Shown here: piece after piece, positions 1-9,091 of the stretch
Numbering within the stretch: position 1 is the first letter of the stretch
How the letters are laid out: each line of letters begins with the position of its first letter
Assembly: GCF_037389425.1 (NCBI RefSeq)
Contig: NZ_JBBHKR010000064.1
Coordinates: forward strand, 86,110 to 110,109
Origin: Stygiolobus sp. CP850M
GTDB taxonomy: Archaea > Thermoproteota > Thermoprotei_A > Sulfolobales > Sulfolobaceae
Direction of reading: 5' to 3'
DNA length: 24,000 bases
Notes under the pieces: generated by a model
The model's database searches: none
What the model saw: only the letters and a program-made list of their open reading frames with translations
Told to the model about the DNA's origin: nothing
Program-made: the position numbers and the translations under genes

Positions 1-249
1 GCCGGAGATTGTGCAACGACGACGAAATTCATACCAATGTCAGCTCAAGTAGCAGTCCAATCGGGAAGAAGAGCGATGTTGAATGCATTAGGGGAGGATG
101 AAAAGTTTAGGTTTAACCAACTAGCCATAATAGTCAGGATAGGGGGAATTTATTTTGGTGATTTTTATGGTAAATTTGTGAAAGGTGAGCTAGCTGAATT
201 AGCGGAAAAAGTGGGTATATTTAGAGCTATTAGACTCGTAATATCGTAA
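1..249 (+). CDS. 3' end of an unidentified protein-coding gene (ORF open to the window edge)
   Basis: Frame 1 is open from nt 1 (AGDCATTTKFIP-MSAQ...) to the TAA at 247-249, so the 70-aa track ORF is probably the C-terminus of a longer protein. I recognise no family motif. Confidence 0.35.
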   Translation, partial: AGDCATTTKFIPMSAQVAVQSGRRAMLNALGEDEKFRFNQLAIIVRIGGIYFGDFYGKFVKGELAELAEKVGIFRAIRLVIS

Positions 250-275
250 AAACGTTTTGACGGTATTAACGGGAT

Positions 276-293
276 AAAACTTTAAAATTAATG
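276..293 (+). promoter_or_regulatory. A/T-box (TATA) promoter of tRNA-Thr
   Basis: AAAACTTTAAAATTAATG, with its TATA core about 25 nt upstream of tRNA nt 1 (310). A near-identical 17-mer precedes tRNA-Leu at 16755-16771. Confidence 0.5.
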
Positions 294-309
294 GGTAAAA
301 TAATAACTT

Positions 310-399
310 GCCGCCGTAGCTCAGACTGGTAGAGCGCCGGCCTTGTAAGGTCTATCTCGAGATAGCCGGTGGTCCGGGGTTCAAGTCCCCGCGGCGGCT
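310..399 (+). tRNA. tRNA-Thr (anticodon TGT) with a 16-nt intron at the canonical 37/38 position
   Basis: Hand-folded cloverleaf. Acceptor GCCGCCG(310-316)/CGGCGGC(392-398); D arm GCTC-AGACTGGTA-GAGC; anticodon stem CCGGC(337-341)/GCCGG(365-369). Loop is CT-TGT-A + A once 348-363 (AGGTCTATCTCGAGAT) is removed. T arm CGGGG-TTCAAGT-CCCCG, followed by a T-rich tail. Confidence 0.9.
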
Positions 400-527
400 T
401 TCTTTTCTCTCAGATATTTTATGAGGGCCTCTCTTATTATCTCACTTCTGGTGTTTCTAGAATTAACTGCATAGAGGTCAAGCTCTTGTAACAACTCTTC
501 TTCGACCTTGAACGTGATTACTCTCAT
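381..527 (-). CDS. Ribbon-helix-helix (CopG/Arc/MetJ-type) small DNA-binding protein, 48 aa (below the ORF-track size cutoff)
   Basis: My translation: MRVITFKVEEELLQELDLYAVNSRNTRSEIIREALIKYLREKKAAAGT*. It has the classic beta-strand/helix/(x)RSE/helix RHH pattern. A TATA-like TTTATAA lies about 33 nt upstream (553-568 region). The last 6 codons and the stop lie antisense to the tRNA-Thr T-arm/acceptor. Confidence 0.6.
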   Translation of the reverse strand: MRVITFKVEEELLQELDLYAVNSRNTRSEIIREALIKYLREKKAAAGT

Positions 528-596
528 GCTCCCTCAGTATTACCTTTTACGTAGATTATAAATAAGGGATTTTTCGCTTAAGTCAGAATAGAGAGA

Positions 597-1739
597 CTAG
601 ACTGAAACTAATACTTTTGCCTCCGTAAGTATTTCGTCGATTATTTTCTCTAAGAACTGAGGATCATTTTCATCTATTATGAAACCTTTAATTATCATGG
701 ACTCTGCTTCTTTTCTGCTGAATCCTCTAGTCTCCAGATAAAAGATAAGCTCATCTGGTACTCTCGAAATTGAAGCTGAGTGCTTTGCTAACTGAACCCT
801 CCCAGTCTTGACCTCTAACATTGGAGCAACTACTGCTTTAGAGTCCTTACCGATGTTATACGCTCTACCTATTATAGATGTTGAGGAATCTAACGCCTCT
901 TCTGATACTATTGCATCTCCTCCTATTACGGACAATGCGGAATCTGTAGATATAGCCTTTAGCATGCCATCGCTTTTACTCCTTTTACCTTTATGAATTG
1001 CACTTACTCTTACATTTATATTATCATCATTTAATCCTATGGTCTTTGCTGAAAATGTAGATATTGCGTTTTCCATTAATTCGATTGAGTAACTTACATG
1101 TGAGATAAACGACCTTGAGGTGAAAATGTTGGTGTTAAGCTCTCCTTTTACTAATGCCTTGGAATAAATGAATAGGTTAGAGGAAAGCCCTATTATAGTA
1201 AGATTTAGCTGTGCATCTCTTCCTACTTCAAAGGATATAACAGATGAGGTCATTCCATCCTTCGGACTATCGCTCATATAAACGAAGTCCATCGTGTCTC
1301 CGTCTTCTACTTTAACCTCTAAATTTAGGGGATAAAATACTCCTTCAGAAGACGTGTGGTAAAATAGGATCTTCTTTGACTTTAAATTTGATGAAGATAT
1401 GGTGATCTTATTTGATAATGCGAGTGTTAAGCTTACTAGCTTATGTTCCTCGGCTTTTATAAGTGAGTTAGTGGGTTCATCCTTTGTTTCGATCTCAGAT
1501 GGATAAGTAATTTCAGTATAACCATCTATCTTTCTTCCTTCCTTCGAGGGCAAGAAATCATTAACTTGTAGGTTCAATTTTTCAAATCTGCTCCAGTCTG
1601 TGTAGTGTTTTAGAGTAGGGGAATCGTTAATCCTCTGATAAGGGAGGGATAAATATAATGATAAAAGTCTTTCTCTTTCACTTTTATTACTAAACTTTGA
1701 AATATACTGTTGAGCTGAGGAAAAATCTATTATGGACAT
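597..1739 (-). CDS. sufD: Fe-S cluster assembly protein SufD
   Basis: 380 aa with the SufB/SufD-family C-terminus (...HSASISRVPDELIFYLETRGFSRKEAESMIIKGF). TAATG overlap with the sufB stop, and sufC-sufB-sufD gene order. Confidence 0.9.
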   Translation of the reverse strand: MSIIDFSSAQQYISKFSNKSERERLLSLYLSLPYQRINDSPTLKHYTDWSRFEKLNLQVNDFLPSKEGRKIDGYTEITYPSEIETKDEPTNSLIKAEEHKLVSLTLALSNKITISSSNLKSKKILFYHTSSEGVFYPLNLEVKVEDGDTMDFVYMSDSPKDGMTSSVISFEVGRDAQLNLTIIGLSSNLFIYSKALVKGELNTNIFTSRSFISHVSYSIELMENAISTFSAKTIGLNDDNINVRVSAIHKGKRSKSDGMLKAISTDSALSVIGGDAIVSEEALDSSTSIIGRAYNIGKDSKAVVAPMLEVKTGRVQLAKHSASISRVPDELIFYLETRGFSRKEAESMIIKGFIIDENDPQFLEKIIDEILTEAKVLVSV

Positions 1740-3178
1740 TATGCGACTGCACCTAGCTTGTCGAGTTCTAATTTAATAACCTTGTTTAACATTGTAGCGT
1801 ATTCGAATGGTAACTCTTTCATTATCTCGTCTATAAATCCTAGTACTAGCATTGACACAGCTTCTTTCTCGTCTATTCCTCTGTTCTCTAGATAGAATAA
1901 CTGGTCTTCGTTCATTCTGAATGTGTGAGCCTCATGAGCTACATCTGCATCTTCCTCAAACACTTGATTATGGGGGAATGTATAGGCTTTAGTTTTTTCA
2001 TCTAACATTAACGAATCACACTTTACAAATGCTTTAGATCCCACTGCACCTTTGTTAACTCTTATTAGTCCTCTGTATATATTAACTCCTCCATTGAATC
2101 CGATGTTTTTACTTACGACTTTACTTTTAGTATTAGGTGCAGCATGTATCATTTTTGAACCACTATCTTTCCATTCTCCTTCTCCACTTGCTAATGTTAC
2201 TACTAAGCTGGTTGAGGTTGCATTTTTACCTCTTAGGATAGTGGAGGGGTAAACAAAGCTATATTTTGATCCTAAAGAGCCTTCTACCCATTCTACTGTT
2301 GCATTTTCATCAGCCCACGCTCTTTTATTATTAAAGTTAATTATGTTCTTGCTCCAGTTCTGAACTGTAGTGAATTTAATGTATGCGTTCTTCTTAGCGT
2401 AAAGTTCGACCATTCCGTCGTGGAAGGAGAACTTCTTAAACTGTGGCGCACTACATCCTTCTATAAAGTGAATATAAGACCCCTCATCAGCAATTAGGAG
2501 TGTGTGTTCAAACTGTCCTTCCATTTCTGTACCTATTATGAAAAACCCTTCAACGGGCATTGTTATTTTTACTCCTTTAGGGACGTATACGAATACTCCT
2601 CCACTCCATAATGCTCCGTGTAGGGCTGCGAATTTGTGGTCTGAGACTGGGAATATTTTTGTGAAGTATTCTTTGACTATATCTGGATACTTCTGGACTG
2701 CTTCTTCAGGGGGCATCATAATTACCCCTTTCTTTTGAAGTTCCGCTTTTACGTTACTATATATCGGTTCTGATTCAAAAGTTGCTACTAAACCTCCTAG
2801 GTATTGTTGTTCTGATTGTGGTATTCCTAACTGTTCGTAATATTTTCTTATTTCTGGTGGTATTTGATCCCAGTTAGAAGTTCTCTCTACGTCTGGTTTA
2901 ATGTAAATTTCCATTTTGGAAACGTCTAGCTCTGATAGGAAGTCAGGAAGCCAATTAGGTGTGGGGAGTTTTTCAAATAACTCAAGGCTTCTTAGCCTCA
3001 ACCTTAGCATCCATTCAGGTTCCTTCTTTATCTTAGAAATTTCGGTTATCACGTCTTTGCTAAGTCCAGATTCCACCACTCTCTTATGGAATTCTTGCTG
3101 TGTGAGCGAGTGATTTTTAGCTTCTATTGTAGCGTTTATTAATTCGTTTAGATCAACGGATATTTTCTCTTCTGGCAA
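1739..3178 (-). CDS. sufB: Fe-S cluster assembly scaffold SufB
   Basis: 479 aa. Motifs: ...FVKCDSLMLDEKTKAYTFPHNQV...HEAHTFRMNEDQLFYLENRGIDEKEAVSMLVLGF. TTG start preceded by a GTGAGGT SD-like element. Confidence 0.95.
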   Translation of the reverse strand: MPEEKISVDLNELINATIEAKNHSLTQQEFHKRVVESGLSKDVITEISKIKKEPEWMLRLRLRSLELFEKLPTPNWLPDFLSELDVSKMEIYIKPDVERTSNWDQIPPEIRKYYEQLGIPQSEQQYLGGLVATFESEPIYSNVKAELQKKGVIMMPPEEAVQKYPDIVKEYFTKIFPVSDHKFAALHGALWSGGVFVYVPKGVKITMPVEGFFIIGTEMEGQFEHTLLIADEGSYIHFIEGCSAPQFKKFSFHDGMVELYAKKNAYIKFTTVQNWSKNIINFNNKRAWADENATVEWVEGSLGSKYSFVYPSTILRGKNATSTSLVVTLASGEGEWKDSGSKMIHAAPNTKSKVVSKNIGFNGGVNIYRGLIRVNKGAVGSKAFVKCDSLMLDEKTKAYTFPHNQVFEEDADVAHEAHTFRMNEDQLFYLENRGIDEKEAVSMLVLGFIDEIMKELPFEYATMLNKVIKLELDKLGAVA

Positions 3179-3253
3179 TTGGGATTACCTCACATTAACT
3201 GTGTTAAAGATCTAATTTAAACTTGCTTATGAATAATTTGTAAAAAGAGTCTA

Positions 3254-3991
3254 TCATTTGACTATTCCTTCGTAACCTTTTTCATCTATTAGTTTAGCTA
3301 ACTCCATACCTCCGCTAGCAACGATCTTTCCTTTATATAGTACGTGTACTCTGTCGGCGTTGATATGTTCTAAGATCCTTCTATAATGAGTAATTATCAA
3401 ATACCCAGTATTGTTTTCCTCTCTGAGCTTTAGTATAGAATTTGAAATCGCTTTTAATCCATCCACGTCTACTCCTGAGTCTGGCTCGTCTAGGATTGCT
3501 ATTTTAGGTTTCATGAGGAGCATTTGAAGGATTTCTGTTCTTTTCTTCTCTCCTCCACTAAATCCTTCGAAAATCCCTCTGTTTAAAAGTGAGTCTGAAA
3601 CACCTACAGTTTTGCTTAGCTCTTTAACTTGTGATATCACTTGTAAGGGTTGTGTTGAGGAGCCGTAAATTCTGTTATATTCTGCTACAAGAAGCGTAGA
3701 AAGTTTAACTCCACTAATCTCTATAGGATTTTGGAAAGCTAAGAAAAGACCTTTTCTCACTTTCTCATAAGTCTCTAGGTTTGTGATATCTTCTCCGTCA
3801 AGAAGGATTTTACCTTCTGTGATTTTATATTTAGGGTGTCCCATTATAGCTAATGATAAAGAGGTTTTACCGCTTCCGTTAGGCCCCATAAGTACGTGAA
3901 TTTCTCTTGAGTTAATTTCAAGCTCTACTCCCTTAAGTATCTCTCTTCCTTCAACTTGCACGTGAAGGTTTTTTATTTTTAGCGTGGTCAT
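3254..3991 (-). CDS. sufC: Fe-S cluster assembly ATPase SufC
   Basis: 245 aa. Walker A GPNGSGKT, ABC signature FSGGEKKR, Walker B AILDEPDSG, and H-loop ITHY. Confidence 0.95.
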   Translation of the reverse strand: MTTLKIKNLHVQVEGREILKGVELEINSREIHVLMGPNGSGKTSLSLAIMGHPKYKITEGKILLDGEDITNLETYEKVRKGLFLAFQNPIEISGVKLSTLLVAEYNRIYGSSTQPLQVISQVKELSKTVGVSDSLLNRGIFEGFSGGEKKRTEILQMLLMKPKIAILDEPDSGVDVDGLKAISNSILKLREENNTGYLIITHYRRILEHINADRVHVLYKGKIVASGGMELAKLIDEKGYEGIVK

Positions 3992-4016
3992 TACTTTTCT
4001 CCATATCTATTTCTGT

Positions 4017-5018
4017 TCACGCATTAAAATTTCTCTCGATCCACGGCAATTCTTCCAAAAATATTGAGCAAGAGGAGTTTGTTAACGCCTCCTCTAAACT
4101 TTGAACTAACTCCTCTAGATAATTTTTGATTAACGGTTCTTGTATGTTAAGCTGTTCTAGTCCTTGTTTCAACTGGGAGATTATATTATGGCCGTTAGAG
4201 ATCCTTTTAACGCTCGGGAATAATATTGTCATTATGATCTCATCAAATAAGTCATTTATTTTCTGGAACATTTCCGTCAAGATCTTTACTTGTTCTTGAG
4301 TGAGGATCGGTTTAGTGTTCTTTATCGTGTTGCTTAATTTAGTCATAATGTTGTATACACGGAGAATAATAATCGAGTTAATAGCTATTATGAAGTTTCT
4401 TAATGTGTCTCTTTCAGACGTGTATCTGCCTCCCATACTCCTTCTCAATAACATCAATTGTACTCTCTTCAAGTCCTCTAAGCTAGGCTGCACTTCTGCC
4501 AAGGGTTGTCCTTTTAAGTATCCTAGAATTTCATCAACTTTTCTTGATGCAATGTTCAGAATACGTCTGAGAAGGGACTCGGAGCCTATTTTTTCAGTAT
4601 CGAGCAAGCAGTCCAGCTTTATACTGTTTTCACTAGTTTCTGCTACTTCAATTCCTACCAAGTGCTTTGAGTAATTTATTACGTCTTCAAATTCTTTAGG
4701 ATCTATGTTCTTTTTTGAAGTAAATACGATCTCGTCGTATCCTAAGATGTATAAACATGGTATTGCTGTAGTCATGGGTTGTTTATAGCTATCTATATCT
4801 ATCTTTACATTCCTCCTGTTGTAGTTTATCTTTACTTTTTCCGCTACTAACCTTAGTGTCCCATCTTCAGAGATCTCCATAATAATTTTATCTCCTGGTT
4901 TTATTCCCCACTTGTTAATCCACTTCTTGGGTAATGTGATGAAAAGGGAGGATGAACCTAATCTTTGAACTTTTCTAGTCTCCACGTCTTTTGGTGTTTT
5001 ATTAGTTTCCTCTGCCAA
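4017..5018 (-). CDS. AbrB/SpoVT-domain plus PhoU-domain transcriptional regulator (phosphate-uptake-regulator-like)
   Basis: The N-terminus (RKVQRLGSSSLFITLPKKWINKWGIKPGDKIIME) is a SpoVT/AbrB swapped-hairpin motif. The helical remainder resembles the PhoU-repeat proteins usually annotated this way in archaea. The start is uncertain: TTG at 5018 or GTG at 4985. Confidence 0.75.
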   Translation of the reverse strand: MAEETNKTPKDVETRKVQRLGSSSLFITLPKKWINKWGIKPGDKIIMEISEDGTLRLVAEKVKINYNRRNVKIDIDSYKQPMTTAIPCLYILGYDEIVFTSKKNIDPKEFEDVINYSKHLVGIEVAETSENSIKLDCLLDTEKIGSESLLRRILNIASRKVDEILGYLKGQPLAEVQPSLEDLKRVQLMLLRRSMGGRYTSERDTLRNFIIAINSIIILRVYNIMTKLSNTIKNTKPILTQEQVKILTEMFQKINDLFDEIIMTILFPSVKRISNGHNIISQLKQGLEQLNIQEPLIKNYLEELVQSLEEALTNSSCSIFLEELPWIERNFNA

Positions 5019-5080
5019 AATAATTCCCTATTATTAAACTTAAACGGCGTTTATATAAACATTTCTAACTTATTCTAAGC

Positions 5081-5091
5081 TTTTAAAAAAA
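5081..5091 (-). terminator. T-run terminator after the sHsp-like gene
   Basis: A minus-strand T7 tract immediately follows the stop codon (forward AAAAAAA, 5085-5091). Confidence 0.4.
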
Positions 5092-5463
5092 TTAGTGCTT
5101 CTTTTTAACCGTAATTACGATCAACCATTTGTGTCTTGTTACTTCAACAGAATTAGGATCTGCATCTGGTGGAATTGTGAATTTAAGATAATATGTATTA
5201 CCGCTTTTTGTCTTGCAATAAACTCTTATAGTGTTTTCACTTGTTGTGACTTTAAGGCTTGATGTATCGGCTTTCGGCATGTCTATTACATATTTATAAC
5301 AATCTTGTAGTTCCTCAACGGAGTATAAGGGAGATCTTGACTTAATGAAGTTCTCGACTTCTGCAAACTCTCTCTTAATTTCTTGCTCTATCTGCTTAAA
5401 TTCCTCCTTTTGTTTAGATATTAAGTATCTGATTAATTCATCCAGATCTTTAAAAACTGGCAT
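5092..5463 (-). CDS. Hsp20/alpha-crystallin-domain-like small protein
   Basis: 123 aa. A coiled N-terminus is followed by PLYSVEELQDCYKYVIDMPKADTSSLKVTTSENTIRVYCK...YYLKFTIPPDADPNSVEVTRHKWLIVITVKK, which matches the ACD pattern (x-Y-x-V-x-hDhP-x...h-x-V). This is pattern recognition only. Confidence 0.55.
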   Translation of the reverse strand: MPVFKDLDELIRYLISKQKEEFKQIEQEIKREFAEVENFIKSRSPLYSVEELQDCYKYVIDMPKADTSSLKVTTSENTIRVYCKTKSGNTYYLKFTIPPDADPNSVEVTRHKWLIVITVKKKH

Positions 5464-5469
5464 TTTTAA

Positions 5470-6210
5470 TCACGCGTAGGTCATAGGTTTGCCAGATGCG
5501 TATCTTGGAAGTTCGGCTTTTGTTTGAGCCATTAAGCCTTTGATCTTCTCTCTTATCTCTTCTGCCTCTTGCATCAGTTCGTCTACAGATATGTTAAAAC
5601 CAATATATTTGGAAAGAATTGAAAGTGCTAGTGCAGATGCTTCGGGATCAGGTAGGTCTAAGAACGATTCCACTACTATGGTGAAGTTATTAATGTTCTC
5701 TTTTTTAGCTTCAATTAGTAACGGAGCATAGGGACCTGCGATATACCCGTCACCGAATTTCTTCATTAAGCCAAATTTTTCCATTTCTTGAGCGATCTCT
5801 TCACTATTACCTATCCAATACGCGTTTATTGTAGTAGCATTTAATCTGTCTTCTATCGGAAGACCTGTTATTGAGATGATCGTTGATATACCATATTTCT
5901 TAGCTATTTTTACTATCTCTCGTGAGATCGGATATAATGCTTCTGAGGGAATTGCTATCCACGAATGGAAGACGAGTATGTTATTTCCATGGTAAAGTTT
6001 TATGGGTGATTTAGCTATCCCGTCTTTTACGTGGGAGATAGGAGGTAGTAAACCTGGGGCATATAATGTGGCGAATTCCTTCAAACCGAGTTTTTCTATT
6101 AGGTATTCGGTGGCTATGACTCCTACGAGTCCAGCGTCAGGAATTCCTACAACCATGTAAGATGGCTTTGGAAAAACGGGCACGTATCCTTCTAATACCT
6201 CTATTGACAT
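5470..6210 (-). CDS. PAC2-family (proteasome assembly chaperone-like, PbaA/PbaB-type) protein
   Basis: 246 aa. The N-terminus VVGIPDAGLVGVIATEYLIEKL... and the overall layout are typical of the archaeal PAC2/DUF75 family. Confidence 0.7.
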   Translation of the reverse strand: MSIEVLEGYVPVFPKPSYMVVGIPDAGLVGVIATEYLIEKLGLKEFATLYAPGLLPPISHVKDGIAKSPIKLYHGNNILVFHSWIAIPSEALYPISREIVKIAKKYGISTIISITGLPIEDRLNATTINAYWIGNSEEIAQEMEKFGLMKKFGDGYIAGPYAPLLIEAKKENINNFTIVVESFLDLPDPEASALALSILSKYIGFNISVDELMQEAEEIREKIKGLMAQTKAELPRYASGKPMTYA

Positions 6211-6211
6211 T

Positions 6212-6643
6212 TTACAGTCCCTCCCTCTTTTTAATTGTATTTATGTACTGCTCGTAGTTTAACAGTTTTTCGATTTCTTTTGGATCTGAAATTTCTAGTT
6301 TGAAAATCCATCCTGCACCATAAGGTTCTTTATTTATTAATTCGGGCGAGGTAACTAATTCTTCATTGGCTTCTGTTATCTTTCCGGAAAGTGGGGAATA
6401 TATATCGGCAGCAGCTTTCACTGATTCTACAGTGGCGACTTGTTCTCCTGCTTTTACTTCCCTACCTGGTTGAGGTAAGTCAACTCCTACAATGTCTCTC
6501 AGCTTCTTCTGAGCGTAGTCTGTTATCCCTACCTTAGCCACATTATTTTCTATAGTTATCCACTCGTCGGTCTCAGTATAGTATCTGTCTTTTAAGACCT
6601 TATATTTTCCTCCTATAACGATTTCGTTGCTCATCTTTATCAC
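6212..6643 (-). CDS. gcvH: Glycine cleavage system H protein (lipoyl carrier)
   Basis: Lipoyl-lysine motif [23 protein letters not shown] overlap with the gcvT stop. An alternative ATG start lies at 6634. Confidence 0.95.
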   Translation of the reverse strand: MIKMSNEIVIGGKYKVLKDRYYTETDEWITIENNVAKVGITDYAQKKLRDIVGVDLPQPGREVKAGEQVATVESVKAAADIYSPLSGKITEANEELVTSPELINKEPYGAGWIFKLEISDPKEIEKLLNYEQYINTIKKREGL

Positions 6644-7683
6644 TTAATTAATGGGAAGTCTGATATTTTTACATCTATTAATTTTCCCCTTACGTCAATG
6701 TTTAAGTTAAATCCTAAGTAAAGGTGACTCGATTTAACGTAGCCCATTCCTATAACCCTGCTTAAGTAAGGGCTGTAAGTACTACTCGTAACATATCCTA
6801 TTTGAGTACCTAAAACTTTAAACGGATTGTCCCTTCTGGGTAAGATCCTCTCGTTCTTTTTTCCTTTAAATCCGATTCTTATCTTGTCTACTCCATTTTT
6901 TAACTGTTCTAAAATCTTGTCCCTTCCTATAAACTCTTTCTCTAGAGAGAAAACCCAATATCTGGCTTCTATAGGTGTAGTAGTTGAATCGATGTCCTCC
7001 CCATAAAGTACAAAACCCATTTCTTGCCTCAGACTGTCCCTAGTAATTAGACCTGCTGGCTTCACACCCAAATTAACAAGCTTGGTGATCAACCTTGAGA
7101 GTGTTTCGGGAGATCCCCATAATTCTACGCCGTCCTCTCCCGTCCACCCTGACCTACTTAATAAAAATACATCCTCGCTCATGAATTTTGTGTTCAACCT
7201 AAATTCTAAAGGTTGAAGATCCACTTTTTCAACGAAGTTCCACACATTTCTCCCCTGGATTGCAATCATAGCTAGATCGAATGTCAAGTCTTGAACATCT
7301 AGTGAGGAATTTTTCTTTATCCAACTGATTATTTTCTCTCTGTTTATAGCATTAGTAACAACGAGAAACTCATCCTCTTTGACCTTATATAACATTACGT
7401 CGTCTTCAAAACCACCCCTATCATTGAGGAATGCGGTAGGTCCTATCATTTTTCCTTCTTTTTCCTTGTTTATATCCTTGGCGACCAGTTTGTCCAACTC
7501 GTCATTTTTTCCCTTAATTCTGAGTCTTCCCATGTGTGAAAGGTCGAAAAATGCACACGATGTTCTCACAGCCATGTGTTCGTCTTGATAACTTGTGTAT
7601 TTCATCGGCATTTGCCAGCCTGCGAATTCTCCTATATCCGCATTTAGCTTTATTTCAATATCCAAAAGGGGTGAACTAAACAT
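6640..7683 (-). CDS. gcvT: Glycine cleavage system T protein (aminomethyltransferase)
   Basis: 347 aa with GcvT-family motifs ([39 protein letters not shown]). Confidence 0.95.
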   Translation of the reverse strand: MFSSPLLDIEIKLNADIGEFAGWQMPMKYTSYQDEHMAVRTSCAFFDLSHMGRLRIKGKNDELDKLVAKDINKEKEGKMIGPTAFLNDRGGFEDDVMLYKVKEDEFLVVTNAINREKIISWIKKNSSLDVQDLTFDLAMIAIQGRNVWNFVEKVDLQPLEFRLNTKFMSEDVFLLSRSGWTGEDGVELWGSPETLSRLITKLVNLGVKPAGLITRDSLRQEMGFVLYGEDIDSTTTPIEARYWVFSLEKEFIGRDKILEQLKNGVDKIRIGFKGKKNERILPRRDNPFKVLGTQIGYVTSSTYSPYLSRVIGMGYVKSSHLYLGFNLNIDVRGKLIDVKISDFPLIK

Positions 7684-7720
7684 TATTAACCGTGATCAAG
7701 TATAACTGTTTGATATTTAT
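7684..7720. promoter_or_regulatory. Compact divergent promoter region between gcvT and gcvPA
   Basis: Only 37 bp separate the two start codons. There are two A/T boxes: AAGTATAAC (about 7698-7706, + sense) and ATAAATATCA (minus sense of 7710-7719). Each sits about 25 nt from its ATG, implying leaderless transcripts. Confidence 0.35.
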
Positions 7721-9091
7721 ATGGACATGCATCCGTGGCTACCTAACCTAGCTCACATTAAGGAAATGCTTCAAGCAATAGGAGTACACGATATTTATGA
7801 TCTCTTCTCCGATGTACCTAACGAGATCCTATTGAGGAGAGAGCTTAACTTACCTTATAAAGAACCATTATCGGAGTACGAAATTACGTTAAGGCTTAAT
7901 GAATTAAAAAATAAAAACATGAAATTACTCATGCCCCCATTTATGGGTGGGGGTGTTTGCCCTCATTACGTTCCTGAGGCTGTAAAATTTATCATTAGTC
8001 GTTCAGAATTCTATACTTCTTATACTCCATATCAACCAGAGATAACTCAGGGTTTACTTCAGGCACTTTTCGAGTATCAGAGTCTGATTGCGGAACTATT
8101 AGAGATGGAAGTAGTTAATGCATCTCTATATGATTGGGGTTCTGCTTTAGCTGAAGCTGTGATGATGGCAAACAGAATCAACAAGAGATCTACAATATTA
8201 ATCCCAGAAAACATGAACCCTTATCATAAGGAGGAATTAAAAACGTGGGTATACGGTAAGGAAATAAAAATTGTTGAGATCCCTTATAACAAGAACTCTG
8301 GTCAATTAGAGTATGAAAAGGCAAAAGAGATACTATCGTCTTCTAAAGATATAACCGCAATATATATACAACAGCCTAACTATTACGGTATCTTTGAAGA
8401 GAATGTCGAAGAGATAGTAGAATATGCTAAAAGGAACAATATCATAACTATTATGGGTGTTAATCCCCTATCTCTCGGTCTTATAAAACCTCCAGGTGAA
8501 TACGGGGTTGATATTGCTATCAGTGATGGGCAGGAACTAGGCTTGCCTTTAAATTACGGAGGTCCTTTAGTTGGAATTATGGCAGTTAGGTGGGACGGGC
8601 AACTTATCAGACAAATGCCTGGGAGAATAGTAGGTCTTACTAGGGACTCTGACGGGAACAGAGCTTTTACATTAATTTTACAAACTAGGGAGCAATTTGC
8701 TAGGAGGGAGAAAGCAACTTCGAATATTACTACCAATGAGGCTTTGATGGCGATCGCAAATGCAGTATATTTATCTTTACTAGGGAGGAAAGGGCTAAAG
8801 GACTTAGCTGAGGAGATTTATAAGAGGAGTCATTATGCTAAAGAACGGTTCGAAAGGATAGACGGTGTTATCTCGCCCTTTAAAGGGGACTTCTTTGAAG
8901 AGTTCTTGCTCAAATTCCCCATTGATTACTCCTTAATTCACTCTCATCTACTAAAGAAGAAAATTCATGGTGGTATCAAAATTGATAGAAATGAGGCATT
9001 GTTTTGTGTTACTGAGGTTCACACAAAGCAAATGATCGACACTTTAGTAAGTGAGGTGAAGGAGGTTATTGAAAATGTGGAGACAAGCTAA
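7721..9091 (+). CDS. gcvPA: Glycine dehydrogenase (decarboxylating) subunit 1
   Basis: 456 aa. GcvPA-family motifs (SFMGGG-like FMGGGVCPHYVP, YTPYQPEITQG, REQFARREKATSNI). A second ATG at 7727 is an alternative start. Confidence 0.95.
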   Translation: MDMHPWLPNLAHIKEMLQAIGVHDIYDLFSDVPNEILLRRELNLPYKEPLSEYEITLRLNELKNKNMKLLMPPFMGGGVCPHYVPEAVKFIISRSEFYTSYTPYQPEITQGLLQALFEYQSLIAELLEMEVVNASLYDWGSALAEAVMMANRINKRSTILIPENMNPYHKEELKTWVYGKEIKIVEIPYNKNSGQLEYEKAKEILSSSKDITAIYIQQPNYYGIFEENVEEIVEYAKRNNIITIMGVNPLSLGLIKPPGEYGVDIAISDGQELGLPLNYGGPLVGIMAVRWDGQLIRQMPGRIVGLTRDSDGNRAFTLILQTREQFARREKATSNITTNEALMAIANAVYLSLLGRKGLKDLAEEIYKRSHYAKERFERIDGVISPFKGDFFEEFLLKFPIDYSLIHSHLLKKKIHGGIKIDRNEALFCVTEVHTKQMIDTLVSEVKEVIENVETS

